64,000 bases of DNA from Fistulifera solaris (Eukaryota), in assembly GCA_030295235.1 (NCBI GenBank), contig AP026133.1, positions 558,001 to 622,000 of the forward strand. Direction: 5' to 3'. The notes beneath the pieces were generated by a model that was not told the DNA's origin, did no database searches, and saw only the letters and a list, made by a program, of their open reading frames with translations. The position numbers and the translations under genes are program-made. The first letter of the stretch is position 1. Every line of letters begins with the position of its first letter. Shown piece after piece: positions 26,895 to 36,539 of the stretch.

Positions 26895-27581
26895 ATGACT
26901 GTCGCCCAACGACACCAGTTCTCTCTTATCTTGGCCATGTTGTGGAGGTTATTAATTGCGAGAGGAACAGTAGCTTTTTCGACCGCCGCTAATCCTCTTC
27001 TCAAGTCTTCACCCCATTTCTTCCGTGTCACTGGAAACGGCTGGTTAGTAAGGCTGCAACGTACCGCTTTTCTTCTCTCCGAACGAAGCGATTCCTTGAA
27101 TTTCCGCTTGTATTCGAGTACAACCCCTCGCAACAACAACAATGGCAGCAACAATCACGACAATTGGAAAGTTCCCGAATACATTGATATTCCCGAGGAA
27201 AACTTGGATTTCTCGTTTGTTCGATCTTCTGGTGCCGGCGGTCAAAATGTGAACAAAGTCAATTCGCAAGTCCAGCTCCGACTAAACGTAAACGAAGCCT
27301 ATTGGATCCCATACGAAGTGCGACAACGACTGATGCAGCAACAAGCCAATCGGATCAGTAAGGAAGGTGTGTTGACGATTGCGGCACAAGAGCATCGCAC
27401 ACAAGTGGCCAATCGCAAGGCCGCCATACAAAAATTACGCGACATGTTGTTGCAGGCGTGGCCTCGACCCAAAGAGCGGCGTATACGTCAGGGTATTTCG
27501 ATCAAAACAAAAGAGCAACGCAAAGAATTTAAACGTCGAAGGAGTGATGTGAAAGCAGGAAGAAAAAAGGTCGATTTTTGA
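26895..27581 (+). CDS. ICT1: Codon-independent peptidyl-tRNA hydrolase, ICT1/ArfB (YaeJ) type, with organellar presequence
   Basis: FVRSSGAGGQNVNKVNS (GGQ motif), HRTQVANRKAAIQKL and a basic C-terminal tail. Start codon uncertain. Confidence 0.88.
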   Translation: MTVAQRHQFSLILAMLWRLLIARGTVAFSTAANPLLKSSPHFFRVTGNGWLVRLQRTAFLLSERSDSLNFRLYSSTTPRNNNNGSNNHDNWKVPEYIDIPEENLDFSFVRSSGAGGQNVNKVNSQVQLRLNVNEAYWIPYEVRQRLMQQQANRISKEGVLTIAAQEHRTQVANRKAAIQKLRDMLLQAWPRPKERRIRQGISIKTKEQRKEFKRRRSDVKAGRKKVDF

Positions 27582-27772
27582 ATCACATTGATACTGTGTT
27601 GTTCAATCAACTCGCAAATGATTAAGCTAAGTAAATTGTTCTATTAAGCATATTAGTCATAAATATCAAATCAACTTCCATCATTGGACTTACTTCTCTG
27701 TTCTAAGCTTAAGTCGTTAAGTATCCGCAGCACAAGTAAATCTCTCACTCTTCCAGAATGAACACGCCATTC

Positions 27773-28285
27773 TTATTGAGTTTTCTTAGATGAATTCGTA
27801 TGAGTAGGCGTAGCTGTCGCCGTCATCCACAGCAACCATAGCGGAATCGCCAAGTACGGGAAATACAAACTGGTCAAGAGCACACGTTCCGTAAATGTCG
27901 CCACATGTTCCGATGCCCAAAACGATGTCAAGATCGGTACCAACGTTGTCGATGTATGTGCTCCGTAGGCGATACACGCGGACCGAAAGCCATCGGGATA
28001 CGTCGTCTGGTCAGATTGACTAAGATAATAGACCGCGACACAGAAGAATGGTAATTGAAAGCATAATTCTAGAACCACCAAGGACTGAAACCACAACAGG
28101 TTGCGAGCGTTGCCCATGAGAGGATCGTTGAATGTGGCGACTTCAAATTCTCCCAAATCAATCAAACATTGAGGAAAGAATGAAAGAGGAATGACAGCTT
28201 GTCCATCCAGGCCAAGGGTAAAGATAATGTGGGAAGCAAAGAATCCGAGAAGTATCAGACGAGTTGTGCCAGTGAATGCGTCCAT
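27773..28285 (-). CDS. TMEM97: EXPERA-domain membrane protein (TMEM97/sigma-2 receptor-like)
   Basis: Four hydrophobic helices with FNDPLM, ELCFQLPFF, YGAHTSTT and YFPYLAIPL. Terminal KKTQ is a KKxx ER-retrieval signal. Confidence 0.82.
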   Translation of the reverse strand: MDAFTGTTRLILLGFFASHIIFTLGLDGQAVIPLSFFPQCLIDLGEFEVATFNDPLMGNARNLLWFQSLVVLELCFQLPFFCVAVYYLSQSDQTTYPDGFRSACIAYGAHTSTTLVPILTSFWASEHVATFTERVLLTSLYFPYLAIPLWLLWMTATATPTHTNSSKKTQ

Positions 28286-28595
28286 GGAGCTTCGGTCGCT
28301 TTTGTAAAAGAATTGCTTTGAAGTGAGTGGGTATTAAGACTAAGAAAGAAGGACTATGGATTGTTATTCAATACGATAAGCGATTGCTAATAATAAAAGT
28401 GGGAAATTGTGGATCGTCCGTCGTCGGATTTACTACGTGCAACTCCTTGCGACTAGCTAGGGGGGGGAGACAAACATGATGGCTTTATCTCAAAGTTCCA
28501 TCTAACCGCCGATCGCAAAAGGTTGATTTTCTTTATCCCTGAAAAACTAGAAAAACTATGGAGTGCAAACACAGGTTAATACTCTTTACTTCCAT

Positions 28596-29724
28596 TTAAT
28601 AGAAAACGCGCTGTTTACTCCGAATGCGACCGCGACAGATGGGGCATTGGGTGCGGACCGATCCAACACAGGAATCGCAAAGGCAAAGGTGTCCACACGG
28701 GATCAAAACGTTATTGGATCGCCGGCTCTGACAGACGACACACTCCGCAGCAGTAAAATTGGCATCCTCCTTCCAACGCAAAAAGCCTTCCACGTGGGCG
28801 CTCGAAACTTCCACAACACCACCTTCTCCAAGACCATTGGTCGTATCAACGACAAAAAGACTTTTTCCGTGTGCCACTCCTGAGAGAAGTGACACCATGA
28901 AGGACGCTCGACGGATGTTGAACTAGTGAGCCCACGGGCCGTTCCGGCACGTGGAGAACATCGTTAACGAAATAGACAAGACGACCGCCTGCATACTTCG
29001 AAGGGTCATTTAAGGCAATTTGCGATGTGCTGGTGGCATAGGGACCGTCACAGTGAAAGTTGATACAGGCATTGGTCGGACCATTTGTCATGCGAAGAGC
29101 TACTTTGGACCCGTCCCTTTTCGACACTTGTCGAAAAGCAAGTCGAAGTTTGGCTAATACGGAATTGGTGTATCTCCTTGATGAGCATACTCAAGAAGTT
29201 GCTTGAACTGCTCATCTGGGATCACGAGGCGCATGTCCACGCGATTGGGCGAAGCATCTGACTCGGTTGCTTCCCACATATAGTCGAGGAAGCTAGAGAT
29301 TAGCTCACATTGATCTGCGGTCAAAATTCCAGCATCTTGCTGATAGCAAAATGTGGTGCATAGACCTGCTCCCTCACTTTCGGCCTTTCTGCGAAGCAGA
29401 TCAAGGGGAATAGGTTCATTAGAACGTTGTTCATCCGTCAACATCAAATAGCGAATCAGGGGGGTCAGAAGGGTCGTTGTACGTAAAGGTGCTGATCATT
29501 CCACGCAACCTCAATACCAAATGAATGGTTGACCCTTCTGTGATATTGTAAGAAGCTAAAGTACATCCATCCTCAAGTTGTTTTCCTGCAAAAATGATAC
29601 GTTGTTGGTCTACGAGGATTCCTTCTGTTTCGGCTATCAGTATCTTCGTCGTTGCAACAATATCACGCTGATTAACGCAGATAGATAGTGTCTTTCCTGT
29701 TGATGTCTTGACGTAGATCTTCAT
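28596..29724 (-). CDS. Ubiquitin-like + Fe(II)/2OG dioxygenase + RING-HC fusion protein (~375 aa; frameshifts ~29460, ~29175, ~28863)
   Basis: Four consecutive ORF pieces join by single-base shifts. Ubl [12 protein letters not shown]...[13 protein letters not shown]...HGV...RKSLF; CVVC...[11 protein letters not shown]...CPICR. Confidence 0.8.
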
Positions 29725-29762
29725 GGTCTCTTATTCTTCTCCTTGCAAAGCAAATAATCTCT

Positions 29763-29789
29763 TACCAGGTACCGGTACCGGTACCGGTA
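29763..29789. repeat. Self-complementary (GGTACC)x3+ microrepeat in a divergent promoter
   Basis: taccaggtaccggtaccggtaccggta, ~40 nt upstream of the Ubl-2OG-RING start. Confidence 0.75.
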
Positions 29790-30114
29790 GCAGGTATTGT
29801 AACACCGAGCTACTTTGTATTCTGCCGTGTGTGCTTTTCAAAGATAATGGCTTCTTTGCTTTTTTCTGCTCAAGTCGTGTGAGGAAAAAACCTGTGTACA
29901 CTTTGTAGTGTATACCCGCCTACGACCGACGTCAAAAAGTACCACGTTAGTCTGTCCATCATCAGAATTAATGGGCAATACCGGTACGAGAGTCGAGCGC
30001 TTTTCGGAGCCCCGTAGAATGATCAAATACTTGTACTTGCAATTTGCAACGAAACTTCCGACCTACTTGTATTTGATAATAGATCATTGCTTAGCGAGAC
30101 GAAAAACCATTAAC

Positions 30115-30789
30115 ATGCTGAGCAACCGTCTACGTCAAATACAACGCCAAAGCATTCGGGCTTTCAATTCCGAGGCAAAAATTTGGAATGTTTACCTTTC
30201 GGGTGAGTCGAGCTAAAGTCATTTTTGGGCAGCATGTCTTTGCCAAAGCAAGCAACTCACGTCAATGCCTTCTTTGCTCTGCCAACATCAGGCGAGATTC
30301 ATTCCGACTGGAGAAGTGTCATTGCGGAAGGACTGCAAAAGAAAAAATCTGCCCGTGCGACTAACTTCGCCGAACCTCATTCATGAAGACAGCGACGATT
30401 GTGGTGCCATCATTCTTGGTATGCAAGAAGAGCGGCCAAGCTGGGATCGATTGGGAGCGAGAATGAATGATATTCGTAACAAAACCTTGCTGTCCCAAGC
30501 TGATATCGTTGTGGTGCGCTTTGGAGACAAATACCGTCAATGGAATGCCGCATTTGATGCCGGGTATGCGGCGGCCTTGGGCAAACCTTTGATTACGTTG
30601 CATCCACCGGAAATTTCGCATATGCTCAAAGAAGTCAATGCTTCTGCTAATGTTGTCTGTGAAGAGCCAGAACAAGTAGTACAAACACTGGCTTATGTTA
30701 TTTTGGGAGAGTTACCTACAACACCAAAAGATGGCGATCGTTTTGTACCCATTGCCGATCGACTCGGCAAGGGAAATCCGAATCCGTAA
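30115..30789 (+). CDS. YtoQ-family protein (nucleoside 2-deoxyribosyltransferase-like fold) with mitochondrial-type presequence; intron 30203-30291, frameshift ~30345
   Basis: Spliced WNVYLSGEIHSDWR, then HEDSDDCG, VVVRFGDKYRQWNAAFDAGYAAALGKPLI and HMLKEV. Presequence MLSNRLRQIQRQSIRAF. Confidence 0.85.
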
Positions 30790-30828
30790 ATGCCACAATA
30801 TAATCTACATGCGATCAAGAATCTCTTT

Positions 30829-32057
30829 TTAAATGATTTCCATCCAGTCACCTCCCTCGCCACCTTGATCGTGGGCAGAATATTCCAAGATTCGAGCCAA
30901 CCAATCGGAAAAGAAGTCCATCCCCAACCAGTTGAGTGCTTCTAATTCTACTTTAAACTGCCGCATCTGACGAAGTTCTTCGATACGCCTATCGGGATCT
31001 TCTGCTGTAGCAATCCACCCGTGTGTTCCGCTGAGTAGATGTCCTTCCAATCGCTGCTCGTCAACTTCCGTCAATTCTTGAAAAACCTGCCTCGGCAAGG
31101 CTCTCCCCTCTCGTTCGAGCTGTTCAATTTGACACGGTCGCAATCCAATCCACTTCATTGGGACACCTACGTTGCTACTACGACGACTTTCTTGATAATT
31201 GTGCAACACCATGACCCCGAACGGATTACTATCACACACTCCGTATACTGGCAAACGGAGTACCCGATGCAAATGATGGACGCAAGCACGCGTTGCCAAG
31301 TCAGGAAAACCACGACCTGTCACAATGACACAAGGATACCGCTCAAAAAAGCGATCTTCGGACAAGCGTTTGTAAATTCCTTCTTTTCAACTACCAGAAT
31401 GCATTTTGCCGCGACCGTGGATATATCAAAGTTCAAACGCTGACCCAGCCATTCACTGCCAATGGTTGCACCTTGTATGGATTGCAGGTGCCGTCCATCC
31501 AAGACGCAAATGCCATCTTGCAGTAATTGCACATCACCCGTCCACCATCCCCGCGGCGATGCATGCAATCCCATGGCATGTCGAGGAACTCCCAACAGCT
31601 CGACTGCGTCCCAAATAGCGGCGCAGCATTCCTTGAAAGAAAAAAGTAGGGACATGGCAAGACATGATCATCATTTGTAAGCGATGCAGATTGTGCGCAG
31701 CCAACAAAAAGACACAACAAACCACTTCCACGGTTCCAAACTGACCTTGTGCGAACGAAAATGCGTGACATAAAAATAGTATACTTCACGCGTGGTTGTA
31801 GTACGGTTCGCTAGCAAAAGAGCATGACAATAAGAGAGCACTAACACAATGTTGGTGAAAGTGCGACATTGATTCCATTGACCAAATGCTTTGGCGATGC
31901 CGTTTCCTTTCAAGGCGGGGATTCGATTTTCGTCCAATTGATTCACTATATCATGAATCAACCTTTCGATTCGTGAAATGACAGTATCGGGTGTAACGTC
32001 TTCTTCGGACTCTTCATGGTTGACGTTCAATGACGCATCATCGACTTCGTTCGCCAT
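30829..32057 (-). CDS. SPO11: SPO11/Top6A-family transesterase; intron 31745-31632, frameshift ~31385
   Basis: TTTREVYY (catalytic Tyr), ILVVEK, IVTGRGFPDLATR, CDSNPFG, WIGL and KVELEAL. Confidence 0.9.
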
Positions 32058-32791
32058 GTTTGCGGGACCGGACTCCTCTTGTTATGGATCGCTTGAAGTG
32101 ATTGCGATCCCTTTCAATCGATATCTTGCTATTAGTTTGACGAAAGTGAGTAGGAAATTAAATACAATGACTAATAAACGATTAATATCCAAGAGAATGA
32201 AAACGACGGATGCTCTCCATGGACGAGAAAATCATTTTTTGTTGCGAGAGATGGTTGTGTTGTCGATTTTCGGTCACGTTCCGACACCTACACGAGTTAC
32301 TCCCTATGAGCTCTCGATACTTTTTGTCTATACGGCGAGACTAATTATCTATAAGTAGGAAATTTAGCATTTAATTAATTTCGATGCAAAAGACAGCAAA
32401 GATAATATCATCTGCTGACCAGATTTATGTGTTGTAGTGATAGAGCGGAGGAGTGTTTCTACTCCAGTGTCTCCTGTTTTCAATTGCAACAAAAAAAACA
32501 TGTAAGTTAACAGAATGAAAGAAAAATGTTACGATCCACGTGATGTACAAGTCCACAAAGAAAGAAAAAGTACTCGATAGGTGTTTCGAACATGTTGCTT
32601 CTTCTTGCATACCAATTTGTGCACCAGAGCCATGATAATAAGTGCAACCTTTCGGCCGTCGACACTGGCTGGGATGCAAATTATGCTGACTACTTTGTTC
32701 AGCACAAAGCTCGCTTACCATGAGAAAAAGAAAGCCGCTGGTCGAAATCTGAAAAAGATCACAAGCGTCTTCCGCGACAGAGATATGATAA

Positions 32792-33034
32792 TCACGTGTG
32801 ATTGTGTTGACAATATCCTTCGCACTCTTTGCAGTAATTTTGACACATGCTGTGACAATCGAGATCATCGAATTCATAGGGAGGTGCAAACGCAATGGCC
32901 GAGGCAGCCAGTGCCGTTCCCACAAACATGAGTCCCAGAGGAGTGTGCGTTACGGGGGCGTGCACGGGATGATGAAGCGTCGCAAACCCGTGAGCATCCA
33001 CGGGGAGCTTACGGAGTACGTTGTTGAAGATCAT
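32792..33034 (-). CDS. Small hypothetical protein with one hydrophobic helix and a Cys/His-rich tail
   Basis: 80-aa ATG ORF in a good start context, lying in a gene-sized gap. Tail CHSMCQNYCKECEGYCQHNH. Confidence 0.4.
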   Translation of the reverse strand: MIFNNVLRKLPVDAHGFATLHHPVHAPVTHTPLGLMFVGTALAASAIAFAPPYEFDDLDCHSMCQNYCKECEGYCQHNHT

Positions 33035-33597
33035 GGTCGATGCTGAATGTTAAAGAGATACTCTACGTTGGAATTGATAGGTGTTGTTAAGTATTTTGTC
33101 GTACCAATTTATGCGGTTACCAGCTCCGTGCGAGCGCCGCTCTACACGACGGTGCCGACGATAGCCGTGTCACTGATAACTGAAGGTTCGCATCATTACT
33201 GTAGTGTGGAATGCATTACCGGAGTCTTGCTCTCGTTCTCATTCGAAAAAGAATGTGGACAAGAACTGCCTTTTCACGACGCCTGCTGCTGTCAGTATTA
33301 TTCATCCAAATGCGAACCACTGCTGTCAAGCAAATAAAACCGCAGTCAAAAAATGAGCGGTCGACGGTCATGCATAGTCGCGGTCGATGCTCGATGCGAT
33401 TTTTCGGGACTGATAAAAGCTGAGTCACAAGAAAAGTAACTTTTGGGAAATTAAGCCTTTAACCTTATTGTTTTTTGTAGCCCCCTTTCGCCGACGATGA
33501 TGCGATGCGCGACGACCATGGCGAAGAAAATATTATTATAGAAAGCAAACAAACCAAATCATCATCGTTTGTTAAATTTCATTAAACATATTTGATC

Positions 33598-34539
33598 ATG
33601 TCGAGTGGTGACGAAACTTACTTAGAATCATTTGTGGAGAGTCTCACAACGTTGCCGTATCAAGTGCGGCGGAATTTGGAATTGGTGCAAGATCTCGATC
33701 GATCTTATCAAAGTGATTTGGCCAAGCTTCAAGAGCTGTACACTGCTTATTTGCAGCAAGCGGAAGAAAAAGTTTTACAACTGGAAGTAGCACCGATGGA
33801 GACTGGTAAAGGAGTCCGCGTCATACGGAAAGAAGATGCCGAAAAGGCACCCATCATCATTCCCACCACGGCCGAACTCATGGCCTACACTTACGACGCC
33901 GACGCTATGCGTCAAATCGAGGCATTACAAGCCGATTGCTTGCAAAAGGCAGATGAAAAGGTATGTGTTGCACGGCAGGCATACGAATGGATTGACGCGG
34001 TAGTGGAGCGACTCGACGATGACTTGCAGGCGCTTTCGAAAATATTACAAGCGCAAGGAGAATTTCAACAGGAAGAGGTAGCGCAACCGAACGACTTGGC
34101 CGCGTGTCAATTGGGAACCGAATGGATTTTGGCCAAGGTATTGGAGTTTGATACAAAGACGAGAACTTATAAACTGGTTGACGAGGATGTCGAAAGCCAC
34201 AAAGGTACAATCGCGTCATCCCCACAGTTGTATTTGTATTTTCAATCGCTCTCTCCGTCCTCATCTTTCCCTCTTATTCTTCTTCTAGTATTTCATTTAC
34301 CAGAAGATCAGGTTGTCATCCTCAGAGGAGTGGATCGTCTGAGCAAAGGTGACACGGTGTTTGCCGTGTATCCGGACACCACTTCGTTTTACCAAGCCAC
34401 CGTTGTACAAGTGCCACGGAAAACAGCCGGTCAGAGTTCGCCGTTTGTCATTGTCAGCTTTATGGATGATTCCGACGAGTTTGGTGTAACTCACGACAAG
34501 ACAGTTCAGTTGCAACACATCATGGTGCCTCCCAAGTAG
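33598..34539 (+). CDS. ING N-terminal coiled-coil domain fused to an SGF29-type tandem Tudor; in-frame intron 34205-34288
   Basis: YLESFVESLTTLPYQVRRNLELVQDLD and ADEKVCVARQAYEWIDAVVERLDDDL (ING-like). EWILAKV...YKLVDED and VFAVYPDTTSFYQATV...FMDD (SGF29-like). Confidence 0.85.
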   Translation: MSSGDETYLESFVESLTTLPYQVRRNLELVQDLDRSYQSDLAKLQELYTAYLQQAEEKVLQLEVAPMETGKGVRVIRKEDAEKAPIIIPTTAELMAYTYDADAMRQIEALQADCLQKADEKVCVARQAYEWIDAVVERLDDDLQALSKILQAQGEFQQEEVAQPNDLAACQLGTEWILAKVLEFDTKTRTYKLVDEDVESHKGTIASSPQLYLYFQSLSPSSSFPLILLLVFHLPEDQVVILRGVDRLSKGDTVFAVYPDTTSFYQATVVQVPRKTAGQSSPFVIVSFMDDSDEFGVTHDKTVQLQHIMVPPK

Positions 34540-34952
34540 CGTACCTAAAACAACCACGTCATTTTCAAGTAATCAAGGCTGAAATGTCTTCCTGAAAAGT
34601 GCTGCCTGCATTACATGCATCATCCATTGTCGACCAACTCCATACTTGATACTCAATATCGTTTGGATCGCTGTTAGTTTGGAGTTGTATGAAATACTCG
34701 ACAGCATGGAGGTGCCCTATCCCATTCACCTTTCGCGTTCCGTCGTAAATTACTCTACCAGTTAGGTCTCAGTCTATTCCTATATGAACTAATCCGGAGT
34801 GATGCCAAATAGTTAATCATAACAGTGATTTCGGCTATAGATGGTGAAAGTAGTTTGATAATGAAATTACTAAAATCGATGCTCGTGTACAAACAAAGAA
34901 AGGAATTCGCTCTAAAGATGAGGCTCGAAAGATGTTTCTGCTAAATTTTCCT

Positions 34953-35938
34953 TTACAGAACAGCACCCGTCAAAGCAAAGAGCACGGCACTGGCAACCGA
35001 CGGTACAGCAAATCGCTTCTCCGAACTACTCGCACCCGCGCTTCCATCCGTGTCGACACCGCACACATTCGGTGAGCAAGGACGCTCCTCACGGAAAGAA
35101 CCCACACACGGTGCACCATTTTCCGAAGGCTTGGGATTATCGCACACACGAAATCGAGATTGAGTGTTTTCACAGCAGGTGTTGTACTCGGTCCATTCAC
35201 CCCATCCTCCGTTGACGACGACTTCACCTCCGCTCCCACCCGACGTCGGTTCTTCACCACCCGAAGTCGGGGTGGTTGGTTCACTCGGAGTTGGTGCCGT
35301 TGGATCACCCATACACACGCCAAAGTCTTCCGCAGCAAATTGAGTTGAGCAACATTGTTCTCGGGTTTCAAAGAGAGTCTGATTCTCGATCGACAATGGA
35401 ACTTCACAAGCACCCGTGGCAACATTAGCAAAGAAGCACTCGGTAGATCCATCCGTTCGTTCACACGGAATGGATTCGGTGGCATCTCCTACACACACAT
35501 TGGCATTGACGGACAAACAAGTTCGAGAGCGCGTATTGGCCAGGTTGCAGCACGGAGTATACTCGGACCATTCTGACCATCCATCGCTGCCGCATTGATC
35601 AAGTTCGCAAGTGAAGGGCAATTCGGAGGGACCCGCACAGAATGTTCCGCCGCCCGATGGTTCTGGATTGTTGCAAACGCGGATCTTTTTAATGAACCCT
35701 CCACAACATATGCCGTCATCCACCCAATCAGACCATCCTCCATTTACAACCTTTTGCAGTCAAAAATTGAGACAGATGAGTTAAAAGAAAACTATAATGT
35801 TCAACGGGGCCGCTTCACTTATATGAAACAAAACGAGAGGGAGAACGTCACACAACGATACTTTCGTGGCGAACAGACGGAACGTACCACCTGTGCTGAG
35901 ATAGAAGCACATCCGGTAATAAGCAAAAGAAGCTTCAT
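34953..35938 (-). CDS. Secreted thrombospondin type-1 repeat protein, probably GPI-anchored; intron 35887-35751
   Basis: Exon 1 MKLLLLITGCASISAQV. Three WxxW...CC...RxRxC repeats, a P/T/S/G linker and a hydrophobic C-terminus without cytosolic tail. Confidence 0.85.
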
Positions 35939-36539
35939 TCGTACAGCGTTTCGATTTTTCACGTTGATGCAAATTGTTGACGACGAGGCGTTGCTCGCTT
36001 TTCTACTCTAGATCGTTGTCAATGAAGGTGTTCCGTGAAAGGTGCTATTGTTGATTGTTGATGAAGGCATTCGTGTCATCATAAGTTCAAATGATCTTAC
36101 ATCCCAATGTCCACCGTTCCGTCGGACTGCGTAAGCCAACGGAGAAGAGGGACGAGTTTTATTGGCATTTTGGCAGCAAACTTGGTCGGGGATCCGGGAT
36201 TTGTGCCCATCACTGTCATAGTATAAAACATGACCTATTGATGTCTGATTACCGGAGCATCGAATACATAAAAGGCCTATCTTCGTTGAATTCTAAATGA
36301 TATTTTTTGTATGGAATAATTTAAAGAGGGAAAAGCGCTTGGCGCCAAATGCCAAACGAAAACGCCCGTGCCCTCTTTCACAATTCATGATTGAAACGGG
36401 ACGTTAAGTCGCGACGGCATAATCTTTTAGTCATTGTGCTTGCCTAACGTAGTTCCGTTGAAAATGTAAACAGCAAAGCGCTTAAATTCAATATTTAATA
36501 CGGGAAATGATTAACATAAAGTATTTTACTTTTTAAATT

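Noticed and set aside
29497..29724. Ubiquitin or ubiquitin-ribosomal fusion gene
   Set aside because: Too diverged from ubiquitin, lacks the terminal GG and continues into a dioxygenase domain, so it is an integral Ubl.
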